Assembly (NCBI GenBank): GCA_040389905.1
Contig: JAZJZK010000043.1
Location: forward strand, 1 to 46,646
Direction of reading: 5' to 3'
Length of the DNA stretch: 46,646 nucleotides
Source: Gemmatimonadota bacterium
Lineage (GTDB): Bacteria; Gemmatimonadota; Gemmatimonadetes; Gemmatimonadales; Gemmatimonadaceae
Shown here piece by piece: positions 26,718 to 34,447 of this stretch. Below the pieces are notes generated by a model. That model searched no databases. It saw only the letters and a program-made list of their open reading frames with translations, and was not told the origin of the DNA. The position numbers were made by a program, and so were the translations under genes. Positions within the stretch are counted from its first letter, which is position 1, and every line of letters begins with the position of its first letter.

Positions 26718-27127
26718 TTTTGCTCCTTCGCTTTCTCGTCGCGGGCTTTCTTCCACGCGTCGTTCTGCTTCTCGGCTGCTTCCCACGCTTCGATGTGTGG
26801 CAGCATCTGCGTTGCGTAACGCGCAAACGAGGGAGACCACTCGAACGTACCTATAACAGCGATGGCAACCACAAAGTCAGCGTCCTCTACACCGATCACG
26901 TCACCAGGTTTGCACCCCAGAAACACTTGCTCAATCTTTTGCTGCCGCCGCGCTCCGTTACCACCACCTTTGGACAGATTCGGGTGCACACACAGATTGT
27001 CGTAGACAAAATCCTCGTGTGTGATGACCCACGGGACAGCAGGACCGTCTTTCTCAAGTGAGACCTTCACTTCTTTTCCGCCGCGGTCCACAATATTTAC
27101 GTCAGCGGGCACGATGATATGTTTCAT
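26714..27127 (-). CDS. Hypothetical protein, possible spike-associated chaperone
   Basis: Directly downstream of the spike gene; coupled to the next gene. Confidence 0.6.
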   Translation of the reverse strand: MKHIIVPADVNIVDRGGKEVKVSLEKDGPAVPWVITHEDFVYDNLCVHPNLSKGGGNGARRQQKIEQVFLGCKPGDVIGVEDADFVVAIAVIGTFEWSPSFARYATQMLPHIEAWEAAEKQNDAWKKARDEKAKEQK

Positions 27128-27145
27128 TTTTCCAAATTTCCCCTG

Positions 27146-28534
27146 TTACGGTCCGAACACAGTATACGCACCTCCGTCGACAGACGCTTCAAAATGTTTC
27201 GAAGCAGCGATGTAGCGAATACGACCATGTCCGGCAGCGGAGACCGCTGCGTTTGAACCATCCGTCATGTCGATGAACGCCGCCGCTGCCACGCCGTAGA
27301 GCAAGAGCGCGCCGGCTTGATTCAGATCAGCAACCGGCGTCTCGTTGAATTGAAAACTGAAGTGCCCAGTAGGCGTCGTGCTGTCGACAATATGCTGAAT
27401 GTCAGCGTCATAACGCGTTGGCGAACCGCCGCTGAAATAACTGCCACGCCAGCGAATGCGCGGACTCGGTTGCGTCGGGTTACCGCCGGACGAATCAGTT
27501 CCAATCTGCAGAAAGTCCGCGAACCCTGCCATGAAGCCCGCGCCCCACTCCCAGACGGTGGTGCCGGCGGCTTTCAAGAACCCAGTGCCGCTACCAGAGT
27601 TATCGGCATCGACGTTGACCGTGAAGTTGGTGTTGCAACTTACGTCGACCTCACCGCTGGAGAGCACCGTGACTGCTGCCCCGCCCGAGTTCGCTTTGAT
27701 CCACGCCTGACTGTCGTCGACGTAGTGCGTATTCAACCCTGACGGCGAGTTCATTCCCGCGGTGGTCGGCGTGATGCCAACCGTGCCGCCACCACCGGGA
27801 CCAACGTTGATTGTCTCCGCGCTGATGAACAGCGTCGAGACATACGGCGCAATAAGACTGCTCAAACACGACCAGATGCGCGTAGCCACACCGTCAGGGT
27901 GCCAGAACACCTCGTGCCGCTCGGATTGACGCCCGTACGGAGCGCCCTCAAAGCTAGTCTCGAACTCGCTCGACCAGCCGCCAATATTGGTTCCCGTGAT
28001 GATGAGCCCTCCACCGGCAGCGACGTTCCAACCAAAGCGCGAAACTTGGTTTTTACGCGCCCAAGTGGCATTGTTGAATTGGCCAAACCAATGCACCCAC
28101 GGAACACTACCAGCTTCGGTCGGTTGAAAATTCAACCATTGGGTATCTGTCGCGTCCGACCCGGTAAGAGCAGGGCCGATGTTGAGCGTACCCTGACTTG
28201 AAACACCTAGAATAGATGTTCCGACGGCCATCGTGAGGTTCGTGGGTGAGAACGAGTAGAGATTCACACCTGCCGATGTCTGCAGTGCAAGCATCGTCCC
28301 GATCGGGGCAGCGTTGTCCTTAAGGATAACGGGACCGGCGGCTGCGTTAAGCAGCATCGTCGAGTCGGCCGCGGAGACCCCGGACGCGTAGGTCTGGGCG
28401 AGCGTTCCGCCACCACCTGGAGACAGACTGTCGAGCTTGATTTTGTCGGCAGCGCTCATGAAGCCAGCCATCGTGGTCGTCACGATGTTGGTGTCTACCC
28501 ACCCGGCGCCACCCTGGACGTAGAGCCTGCCCAT
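27146..28534 (-). CDS. Spike / receptor-binding fibre-like protein
   Basis: TTTMAGFMSAADKIKLDSL fibre-type motif; Gly/Ser/Thr-rich, beta-strand-rich body. Confidence 0.65.
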   Translation of the reverse strand: MGRLYVQGGAGWVDTNIVTTTMAGFMSAADKIKLDSLSPGGGGTLAQTYASGVSAADSTMLLNAAAGPVILKDNAAPIGTMLALQTSAGVNLYSFSPTNLTMAVGTSILGVSSQGTLNIGPALTGSDATDTQWLNFQPTEAGSVPWVHWFGQFNNATWARKNQVSRFGWNVAAGGGLIITGTNIGGWSSEFETSFEGAPYGRQSERHEVFWHPDGVATRIWSCLSSLIAPYVSTLFISAETINVGPGGGGTVGITPTTAGMNSPSGLNTHYVDDSQAWIKANSGGAAVTVLSSGEVDVSCNTNFTVNVDADNSGSGTGFLKAAGTTVWEWGAGFMAGFADFLQIGTDSSGGNPTQPSPRIRWRGSYFSGGSPTRYDADIQHIVDSTTPTGHFSFQFNETPVADLNQAGALLLYGVAAAAFIDMTDGSNAAVSAAGHGRIRYIAASKHFEASVDGGAYTVFGP

Positions 28535-28538
28535 CGGA

Positions 28539-29288
28539 CTATGCCTTCAGGCAGTCCAGTGGATCGATGATGTCTCGAAAAATTTCGCCGCCAACGATCG
28601 TGTCCTGCGAGCCGAAACCGAACGGTGCACCGACGGCATAGACCTTGTCGACGAAGGGGAACCACTTCGTCGGTGAGTGCTTGACCGCGTGCAGAATCTC
28701 ACTCTCGTGCGCGAGCGCATACGCCTCGAGCCTCGCCCACGTCCTCGCCTCACCGGCATCCTGCGCCATCGCGACGATCTTCTTGGTCGCGCCCGAGCCC
28801 ATCGTGTGTGCGAGCTTGACGAGGCGCCAAAAATACTCTGATCCCTTCGGCGCCACATCAAGCACGTTTACCAGTTTCATGTACTGGCCAATGAGCGCGA
28901 GGCCGCCGTTGATCGAATACGTCGCATCTGTCGACAACCGCTGATGGTCAAGTCCGAGCGACTTGGACTCCGACGGCATCAACTGAAATAATCCGCGCTC
29001 ATCGAGTTTGGTCACCTCGCCGAGTCTGCCTCCCGATTCCTTCGCGATCCAGCCGACGAGAACACCGAGCGGTACTTTCGACGAATCCGCCGCCTGCTTG
29101 AGCATGGGCAAGATTTTGTCGACGAGCTTGTACCCCGTGGACGTGGGGAACCCGACCGGCGGTGGTGCACTCGGCGGCAGATCGGGCTCGTGCACGGGCA
29201 CGGGCCTGTCCGTCGACGCGAGCGCAAGTGCAATCAGCACACCTGCGCCCGCACCGACGAAAATCACTAGCGGAATGAGGACAGGCAC
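28539..29288 (-). CDS. Membrane-anchored lytic transglycosylase (SLT domain)
   Basis: N-terminal TM, Pro-rich linker, WIAKESGG (catalytic E), GLFQLMP, SINGG; GTG start after GGGAGG. Confidence 0.88.
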   Translation of the reverse strand: MPVLIPLVIFVGAGAGVLIALALASTDRPVPVHEPDLPPSAPPPVGFPTSTGYKLVDKILPMLKQAADSSKVPLGVLVGWIAKESGGRLGEVTKLDERGLFQLMPSESKSLGLDHQRLSTDATYSINGGLALIGQYMKLVNVLDVAPKGSEYFWRLVKLAHTMGSGATKKIVAMAQDAGEARTWARLEAYALAHESEILHAVKHSPTKWFPFVDKVYAVGAPFGFGSQDTIVGGEIFRDIIDPLDCLKA

Positions 29289-29299
29289 GACTTCCTCCC

Positions 29300-29455
29300 T
29301 TACCGACGACCCTTGCGAAAGAAAAAGTAATACGCGAGACCACCCAGGCCCGCGGCCCAGCCCCACACCGGCACGCCCATCTTCTTCTCGCTCCAGTCCA
29401 CACCCAAAAGCTCATACTTGCCCGAGTCGCCAACCACCTTCGTCAAATTACTCAT
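29300..29455 (-). CDS. 51-aa tail-anchored membrane protein (not in ORF track)
   Basis: MSNLTKVVGDSGKYELLGVDWSEKKMGVPVWGWAAGLGGLAYYFFFRKGRR; AAGGAG RBS. Confidence 0.75.
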   Translation of the reverse strand: MSNLTKVVGDSGKYELLGVDWSEKKMGVPVWGWAAGLGGLAYYFFFRKGRR

Positions 29456-29483
29456 TTTCGTTCTCTCCTTGCTGGTTGAACTA

Positions 29484-30164
29484 CTATCTCTTCACGTGCG
29501 AATGCACGCCGAAGCCGAGACCTACTGCCAGCGACAAAATGATCGCTCCAGCACCCGCAATCCCCACCCACTTCAAAGTCGTGAGGAGACTCCCGACGCT
29601 CTTGGTCGCCTCGTCGAACTTCTTCTTGATGTCCGGTACCGCCTCCTCCATGTAGTGCGCGGGTGTGTCGAGCACGCGCCCTGAAAAATAATCGTTTTGC
29701 GACTGCGCGAAAACCGGCCCGCTGTAGACCTCGTCGAGCGGGTTGCGCTTCGTCACCTTCGCGATCTCACCGGCCAGCGCTTCGAGCTGTGCCTTGAACG
29801 TCGACGCAGTAATCGTCGGCGCCGTCTGATTGAGAATCTGCCCCGAGATCTGCCGCGCGTAATCCTCGAGCGACTGCTTCGACGACAGATGGGCGCCGAC
29901 GATGCACGCGTACGCTGAGTCTAGCAAGCCAAAGTCACGCGCCTTGCCCTGGCGATGAGCGAGCTCGTCCGCACCGAGCACGAGGGCGTCAATCTCAATC
30001 TCTTCATCGTCGTCATCTAAATCGTAGGCGTAGGAGGGTCCGCCCCACCAGGCGCCCCAGCCGCGCGGACCGCCACCACGGTGACCTCCACCGCCGTGGT
30101 GACCACCATGCCCGCCGCCACCGTGGCCGATGCAGACGTCAAGACCTCGCAAACAGCGTGTCAT
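29484..30164 (-). CDS. Putative virion membrane protein (C-terminal TM)
   Basis: N-terminal LRGLDVCIG, Gly/His-rich then acidic tract; C-terminal hydrophobic helix plus basic tail. Confidence 0.75.
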   Translation of the reverse strand: MTRCLRGLDVCIGHGGGGHGGHHGGGGHRGGGPRGWGAWWGGPSYAYDLDDDDEEIEIDALVLGADELAHRQGKARDFGLLDSAYACIVGAHLSSKQSLEDYARQISGQILNQTAPTITASTFKAQLEALAGEIAKVTKRNPLDEVYSGPVFAQSQNDYFSGRVLDTPAHYMEEAVPDIKKKFDEATKSVGSLLTTLKWVGIAGAGAIILSLAVGLGFGVHSHVKR

Positions 30165-30557
30165 TTATTTCCTCGCAACCAGGTAGACACCGCCGCCGAG
30201 TACCGCTGCGCCAATGAGGCCGCCTACCACCCACATCGTGGTCTTCTTCGAGTCGGCGGCGCGCTTTTCTTCTTGTTTGCGCATCGCCTCGGCCTGGACT
30301 TTGGCCGCCTCCACCGCCTTGGCGTCTGGAGAGCCTCCCGCACCGAAGCCCGAGGCGAACGCGCTCAGGTACGGCGTGACCTGGCTCATGTCCACGCCAA
30401 CGAGTTCGGTAACCGCCTCGGTGAAGCCGTCGAAGCGTTCAACGACGATGTCCGCGCTTGTGTCAAACTCATCATCATTGGCCGGCGCGTCGTCGCCAAT
30501 GCGGTGACAAGCCACTACGACATCGAAACCACGTTGCGCACGTTGATTGAGCGACAT
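30165..30557 (-). CDS. Putative virion membrane protein (C-terminal TM)
   Basis: RGFDVVV motif; ends MWVVGGLIGAAVLGGGVYLVARK. Confidence 0.75.
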   Translation of the reverse strand: MSLNQRAQRGFDVVVACHRIGDDAPANDDEFDTSADIVVERFDGFTEAVTELVGVDMSQVTPYLSAFASGFGAGGSPDAKAVEAAKVQAEAMRKQEEKRAADSKKTTMWVVGGLIGAAVLGGGVYLVARK

Positions 30558-30962
30558 TTACTTCCTCCGCAAAAATGTGATCAACAGCGACGACAGCGTA
30601 ATTGCTGCGCCTGCCCCCGCCGCTGCTTGCCAGCGCTTGACCGGCGCACCGGACCACGCGGGTTGAAACCACCACCCCACCGTCGCGTTCACCTTAGCGA
30701 TAGACGCGAGAGGAGCAAGTGACGAGGTTCGAATGAAGTACAGGCCGTCGTGCCCATTGACGGTGACCGGCGTGTACTGAACACCCTTCGTGTTCGGCAC
30801 CGACTTGCCTTGCGGCCACACGTTGGCACCCGGCTGCAGCGTGAACGCCGGGTCTTCGTCACCCACGTTGCCAGCGCTATTGTCGGCCGCCATCATGCTC
30901 GCGGCGAACACCGCGGTGTTGACTGACTTGACACGCAAGGTTGGCATTTCGACGCCGATCAT
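30558..30962 (-). CDS. Putative virion membrane protein (C-terminal TM), possible SH3-like core
   Basis: Ends QPAWSGAPVKRWQAAAGAGAAITLSSLLITFLRRK. Confidence 0.7.
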   Translation of the reverse strand: MIGVEMPTLRVKSVNTAVFAASMMAADNSAGNVGDEDPAFTLQPGANVWPQGKSVPNTKGVQYTPVTVNGHDGLYFIRTSSLAPLASIAKVNATVGWWFQPAWSGAPVKRWQAAAGAGAAITLSSLLITFLRRK

Positions 30963-32344
30963 CGTCTCCTCCGAAATACAGCCAGCAGCACCGACGACAC
31001 CGCGATGGCGGCACCGGCACCCACTCCGGCCTGCCAAATCTGCACGGGACTACCTGTCCACAGGGGCTTGTGGAAGTAATCGAGCCACGACGCCTTTGCC
31101 GTCGCTGTGGATGCCGTGGACGCGCTGGGGATAACCTGTGTGTTCGCACCGAGCACGCGCAGCCGCGGGCGGCCGAGAAGCTCACCTACGATGTCGGAGA
31201 AAATGTCGTCCTCGGGACGCTTCTTCTCACCCGTCTCGTCAACCTCGGAAGCGTCTTCGGCATCGGACTCGTCGGCAGATTCTTCAAACGAGCTCGTGTC
31301 GTCGGCAGATTCTTCGGCTTCTTCATACTCGTTGGTGTAGCTGCTATCGCCGGCATCTGAGGGAGCGCCTCCTTCACCGGTACCGCCGCCACCTTGTTCC
31401 CCACCGTCCTCATCTCCGCCGCCGCCCGTGTCTTCTCCACCGCCACCTTCGTCACCGCCGCCACCCCCACCGCCACCCCCACTGCTGCTGCCTCCGCCAG
31501 TAGCACCGCTATCAAGAGACGACGGAGGTGTAGAAGGCGCAGCAATTGCCGCGTGTACCTGTGCAAGCCAGGCGTTCGCATCGGCCTGGATTCCATTAAC
31601 AGTGGCGATAATCGAACTGTCCGTCGGATCGGCGGCAATGGCGTTCTGACACCGCTGCATAATCAGCTGACCCTGCTGCACGAGCGGCGGACTCACGGTG
31701 CTCAACTGATTTAAATCGATTGCCATCAGCGACGTCAGAATCTCCCCGGCGAGCGCTTGCGCGTCGACAACGAAACTGCTGACGAGATCCGCCATCATAT
31801 CGGTCGTGGCGGCACTAAAACTGAAATCGAGGCCCATAACCTCGCGCAGAATGCCGCTGATTTGATCGCCTTTAACGGTGGTCTTCGCCGCTGCTTTCGC
31901 CGCCTTAACCTTCTTCGCCGACGAGAGCGCCTTCTGCCCACTCGAAGCTAGCTTCGACGCCGCCTGCGGATAGCGCTTTGCAATCTTCCGGGACACCGCG
32001 AGGGCGCGGTTGCCGGCGCGCTGGAGCGCGTCCACGTCAGCACCCGGTGGGATCTTCAGCGCAGCAGGTTTCTTGGCCGCATCGGCAGCGGCCTTCTGCG
32101 CTACCGGCGAAACTTTCGACGCAGTCGGGGCAGCGGCCCTCTGCGCTACCGGCGACACTTTCGCTGCGGATGGTGTAGCTGCCTTCTGCGCAGTCGTCGT
32201 GGAGATGACCTTAGCCGCGGTGGGTGCGGGCGCAGCGGCCTTCTTCGCAGTCGACGACACGACCGGCGCCGCGGCAGCCGTGGCCGTTTTGGACACGAAC
32301 TTCACCGCACCGATGGCGTCCAGGCCGCGCAGGTCACGCGTCAT
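30959..32344 (-). CDS. Low-complexity putative virion membrane protein
   Basis: N-terminal LRGLDAIG; Ala/Lys-rich repeats (KVSPVAQ x2); poly-Gly and acidic linker; C-terminal TM plus RRRR. Confidence 0.8.
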   Translation of the reverse strand: MTRDLRGLDAIGAVKFVSKTATAAAAPVVSSTAKKAAAPAPTAAKVISTTTAQKAATPSAAKVSPVAQRAAAPTASKVSPVAQKAAADAAKKPAALKIPPGADVDALQRAGNRALAVSRKIAKRYPQAASKLASSGQKALSSAKKVKAAKAAAKTTVKGDQISGILREVMGLDFSFSAATTDMMADLVSSFVVDAQALAGEILTSLMAIDLNQLSTVSPPLVQQGQLIMQRCQNAIAADPTDSSIIATVNGIQADANAWLAQVHAAIAAPSTPPSSLDSGATGGGSSSGGGGGGGGGDEGGGGEDTGGGGDEDGGEQGGGGTGEGGAPSDAGDSSYTNEYEEAEESADDTSSFEESADESDAEDASEVDETGEKKRPEDDIFSDIVGELLGRPRLRVLGANTQVIPSASTASTATAKASWLDYFHKPLWTGSPVQIWQAGVGAGAAIAVSSVLLAVFRRRR

Positions 32345-32346
32345 TT

Positions 32347-32778
32347 TTACCGACCCTCTCCGTAATAATACCGCGCAGCACCGACGGCGAGAAAGCCGAT
32401 GACGAACCCGAGCGCCGAGTTCGTCTTCATCGCGGCCGAAGCAAACACGCCTGCGTGCGTCTGCGCCAGGTTCCAGACGGCTTCGTTGCGCGTCGCCGCG
32501 TTGAGTAGTGCTGGCGCGTTCGTGCCTATCGAGCAGCCGGAGATGGCGCCGAGAACCCAGTGCCCGTGCTTGGCGCCGATGATGCCACCAGCGACGAGGC
32601 CGGCGGCCGATCCGATGCCCCAGTCGATCGCGACTGGCTCCGAACGCGCATGCTGCGCCAGCGCCTGCGAGCCGAGCAACGTGCTCGAGTCGCCGACGAG
32701 CTTGTCCGCTCGCGCGAGGTTGCGCCGGTACCCGGTCACGCGGTTGGCGTGCTCGAGGTATTTCTCGAGGGTGGTCAC
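32347..32778 (-). CDS. Multi-pass Gly-rich membrane protein, paralog of 33434..33835
   Basis: GTG start overlaps the upstream stop; GHWVLGAI..SIG.NA vs GHPFLGFV..SLG.NA. Confidence 0.7.
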   Translation of the reverse strand: MTTLEKYLEHANRVTGYRRNLARADKLVGDSSTLLGSQALAQHARSEPVAIDWGIGSAAGLVAGGIIGAKHGHWVLGAISGCSIGTNAPALLNAATRNEAVWNLAQTHAGVFASAAMKTNSALGFVIGFLAVGAARYYYGEGR

Positions 32779-33422
32779 TTCTTCCTCATCGAGCGCATGA
32801 TGAGCGTGATTGCGGTGAGGCTGCCGACGCCGACCAAACCCCAACCCCAAACAGGGAGGCCGCCATGCACCGAGGTGATCCACGACCCTGAGCCGTGTTT
32901 GCCGCCGTGCTCGGCCTTCTCGACCGCGGCGGTCACCTCGGCGGTCGGTGGCGCACCACACGCGTCGGTGACCACCTTCCAGCCCTTGAACTTGGCCTGC
33001 TTTGCGATGTCCTTCGGCGACTTCGACGCATCCGAAGCTGCCGCCACGAGCGCGTCCTGCGCGGCCTTGCAGCGCTTGCCGATGCCGTCGCCCTGCAGCG
33101 AGGCGCCGGCTACGATGGCCACGGCCTTCTTCGAGTCGCGCATCACGCGCGACGCAGCCGTCGCGGTCGGGTCGATGGTGGCAAGCTCGAGGTTGGCCTC
33201 GGCGTTCGCCCACTCCTGGTCGGCTCCGATGGACTTCTGCACGGCGGACTCGGAGTCCTTCTTGGACTTGTCCGCGGCGTCGGCAGCCTGTTTTTGTTCG
33301 ATACCGGTCGCGGCCACGTTCGCCAAGCCCTTGACGAGCCCGCCGTAGTCGAACGCGCCGATGGGCGTGGACATCTCTTGGATCACGCTCTCACCGAGAA
33401 CAGCGTAATAGTCACGATTCAT
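32775..33422 (-). CDS. Putative virion membrane protein (helical, C-terminal TM)
   Basis: MNRDYYAVLGE...; ends GGLPVWGWGLVGVGSLTAITLIMRSMRKK; AAGGAG RBS. Confidence 0.75.
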   Translation of the reverse strand: MNRDYYAVLGESVIQEMSTPIGAFDYGGLVKGLANVAATGIEQKQAADAADKSKKDSESAVQKSIGADQEWANAEANLELATIDPTATAASRVMRDSKKAVAIVAGASLQGDGIGKRCKAAQDALVAAASDASKSPKDIAKQAKFKGWKVVTDACGAPPTAEVTAAVEKAEHGGKHGSGSWITSVHGGLPVWGWGLVGVGSLTAITLIMRSMRKK

Positions 33423-33433
33423 AGCGTTCTCCT

Positions 33434-33835
33434 TTACTTTCTCAACCCTAACACGAATACGTTTGCGTTGGAGCCCTTCACAAGCGACGTGGCGACGAGC
33501 CCGACCGCGAGTCCTGCAAGTCCACCCCAAAACGGATGCTGTTTCCACAGCAGCGAGCCGGCGACGATAGCCAGCGCCTGCCCCACGTTGCAGGCTGCGA
33601 TCGTTCGATCGTTACCTTGACCGCGCCACGTACGAAACGCGTTCTGGCCCAGTGATTCTGCCATCACGAAACCAAGAAACGGATGCCCGATCTTGAGCCC
33701 GTAGAGCGCGCCGGCCACGCCCGCGATGCCGCCAGGGAGCAGCGTCTTCGTGTACGGCAGGTTCCCCATCGCCGGGTCGGCGAGCGACGCCATGCCAGGC
33801 GAGATGGCACCGAGGAATGAAAGAGCGTGGCTCAT
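33434..33835 (-). CDS. Multi-pass Gly-rich membrane protein
   Basis: Several GxxxG hydrophobic segments; HPF[LW]G repeated twice. Confidence 0.75.
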   Translation of the reverse strand: MSHALSFLGAISPGMASLADPAMGNLPYTKTLLPGGIAGVAGALYGLKIGHPFLGFVMAESLGQNAFRTWRGQGNDRTIAACNVGQALAIVAGSLLWKQHPFWGGLAGLAVGLVATSLVKGSNANVFVLGLRK

Positions 33836-34032
33836 CTACGACCCTTCTTTCGCGCACGCTTGCGCGGCACGCCCGCCATCCGGTACGCGATGGCAATAGC
33901 TTGACGTTGTGGATATCCTTCACGCTTAATCAAAAAACGAATCTTGCGCGAAATCCACGCACGTTTTTTACGTGACAACTTCGCCTTGCGTTTCTTCGTC
34001 GCCTTGCGCTTGCGCGTTTTCTTTCGCGCCAT
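33832..34032 (-). CDS. Small Arg/Lys-rich nucleic-acid-binding protein
   Basis: MARKKTRKRK...GYPQRQAIAIAY...RKKGRR; coupled at both ends. Confidence 0.75.
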   Translation of the reverse strand: MARKKTRKRKATKKRKAKLSRKKRAWISRKIRFLIKREGYPQRQAIAIAYRMAGVPRKRARKKGRR

Positions 34033-34445
34033 CAACGCCCTCCTGCGAGCTTGACCGCACCGTACCCCAGCGCCGACAAGAGCACGCCGAAGAAGATACC
34101 GCCGGCCAAATCACTCGTAGGCTTCGAACCCTTCGGCGGCGTCTGCGTAATCTCGACGGTGATCTCCGAGCCCTTCTCCTTGAACTGCTTCTTTAGCTCG
34201 TCGGCGACCGTCGAGTAGATCGTGTTCTCGATAAACTCCGGCACGAGCATGCCCGTCGCCCACGCCACGCCCTCGCCCTTCTCCTTGGCGACGAGGCCGG
34301 CCGGGTCGTTGATGTGCATCGTCAAGTACGTCTTGCCTGCACCCGGCGCAGCACCGACGTCAACGATCAAGTCATCTGCACCCTGTCCTGGTTGTGCACT
34401 CGAACCGAGGAGAACGTCGAGACCTTTGCAGCACGCGGTTTTCAT
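34032..34445 (-). CDS. Putative virion membrane protein (C-terminal TM)
   Basis: N-terminal KGLDVLLG; C-terminal LAGGIFFGVLLSALGYGAVKL. Confidence 0.75.
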   Translation of the reverse strand: MKTACCKGLDVLLGSSAQPGQGADDLIVDVGAAPGAGKTYLTMHINDPAGLVAKEKGEGVAWATGMLVPEFIENTIYSTVADELKKQFKEKGSEITVEITQTPPKGSKPTSDLAGGIFFGVLLSALGYGAVKLAGGR

Positions 34446-34447
34446 TT

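Noticed and set aside
27146..28534. Evidence for a tailed phage from the tail-fibre-like motif
   Set aside because: The short motif also occurs in spikes; no terminase, portal, tail tube, baseplate or tape-measure gene was recognised in the window
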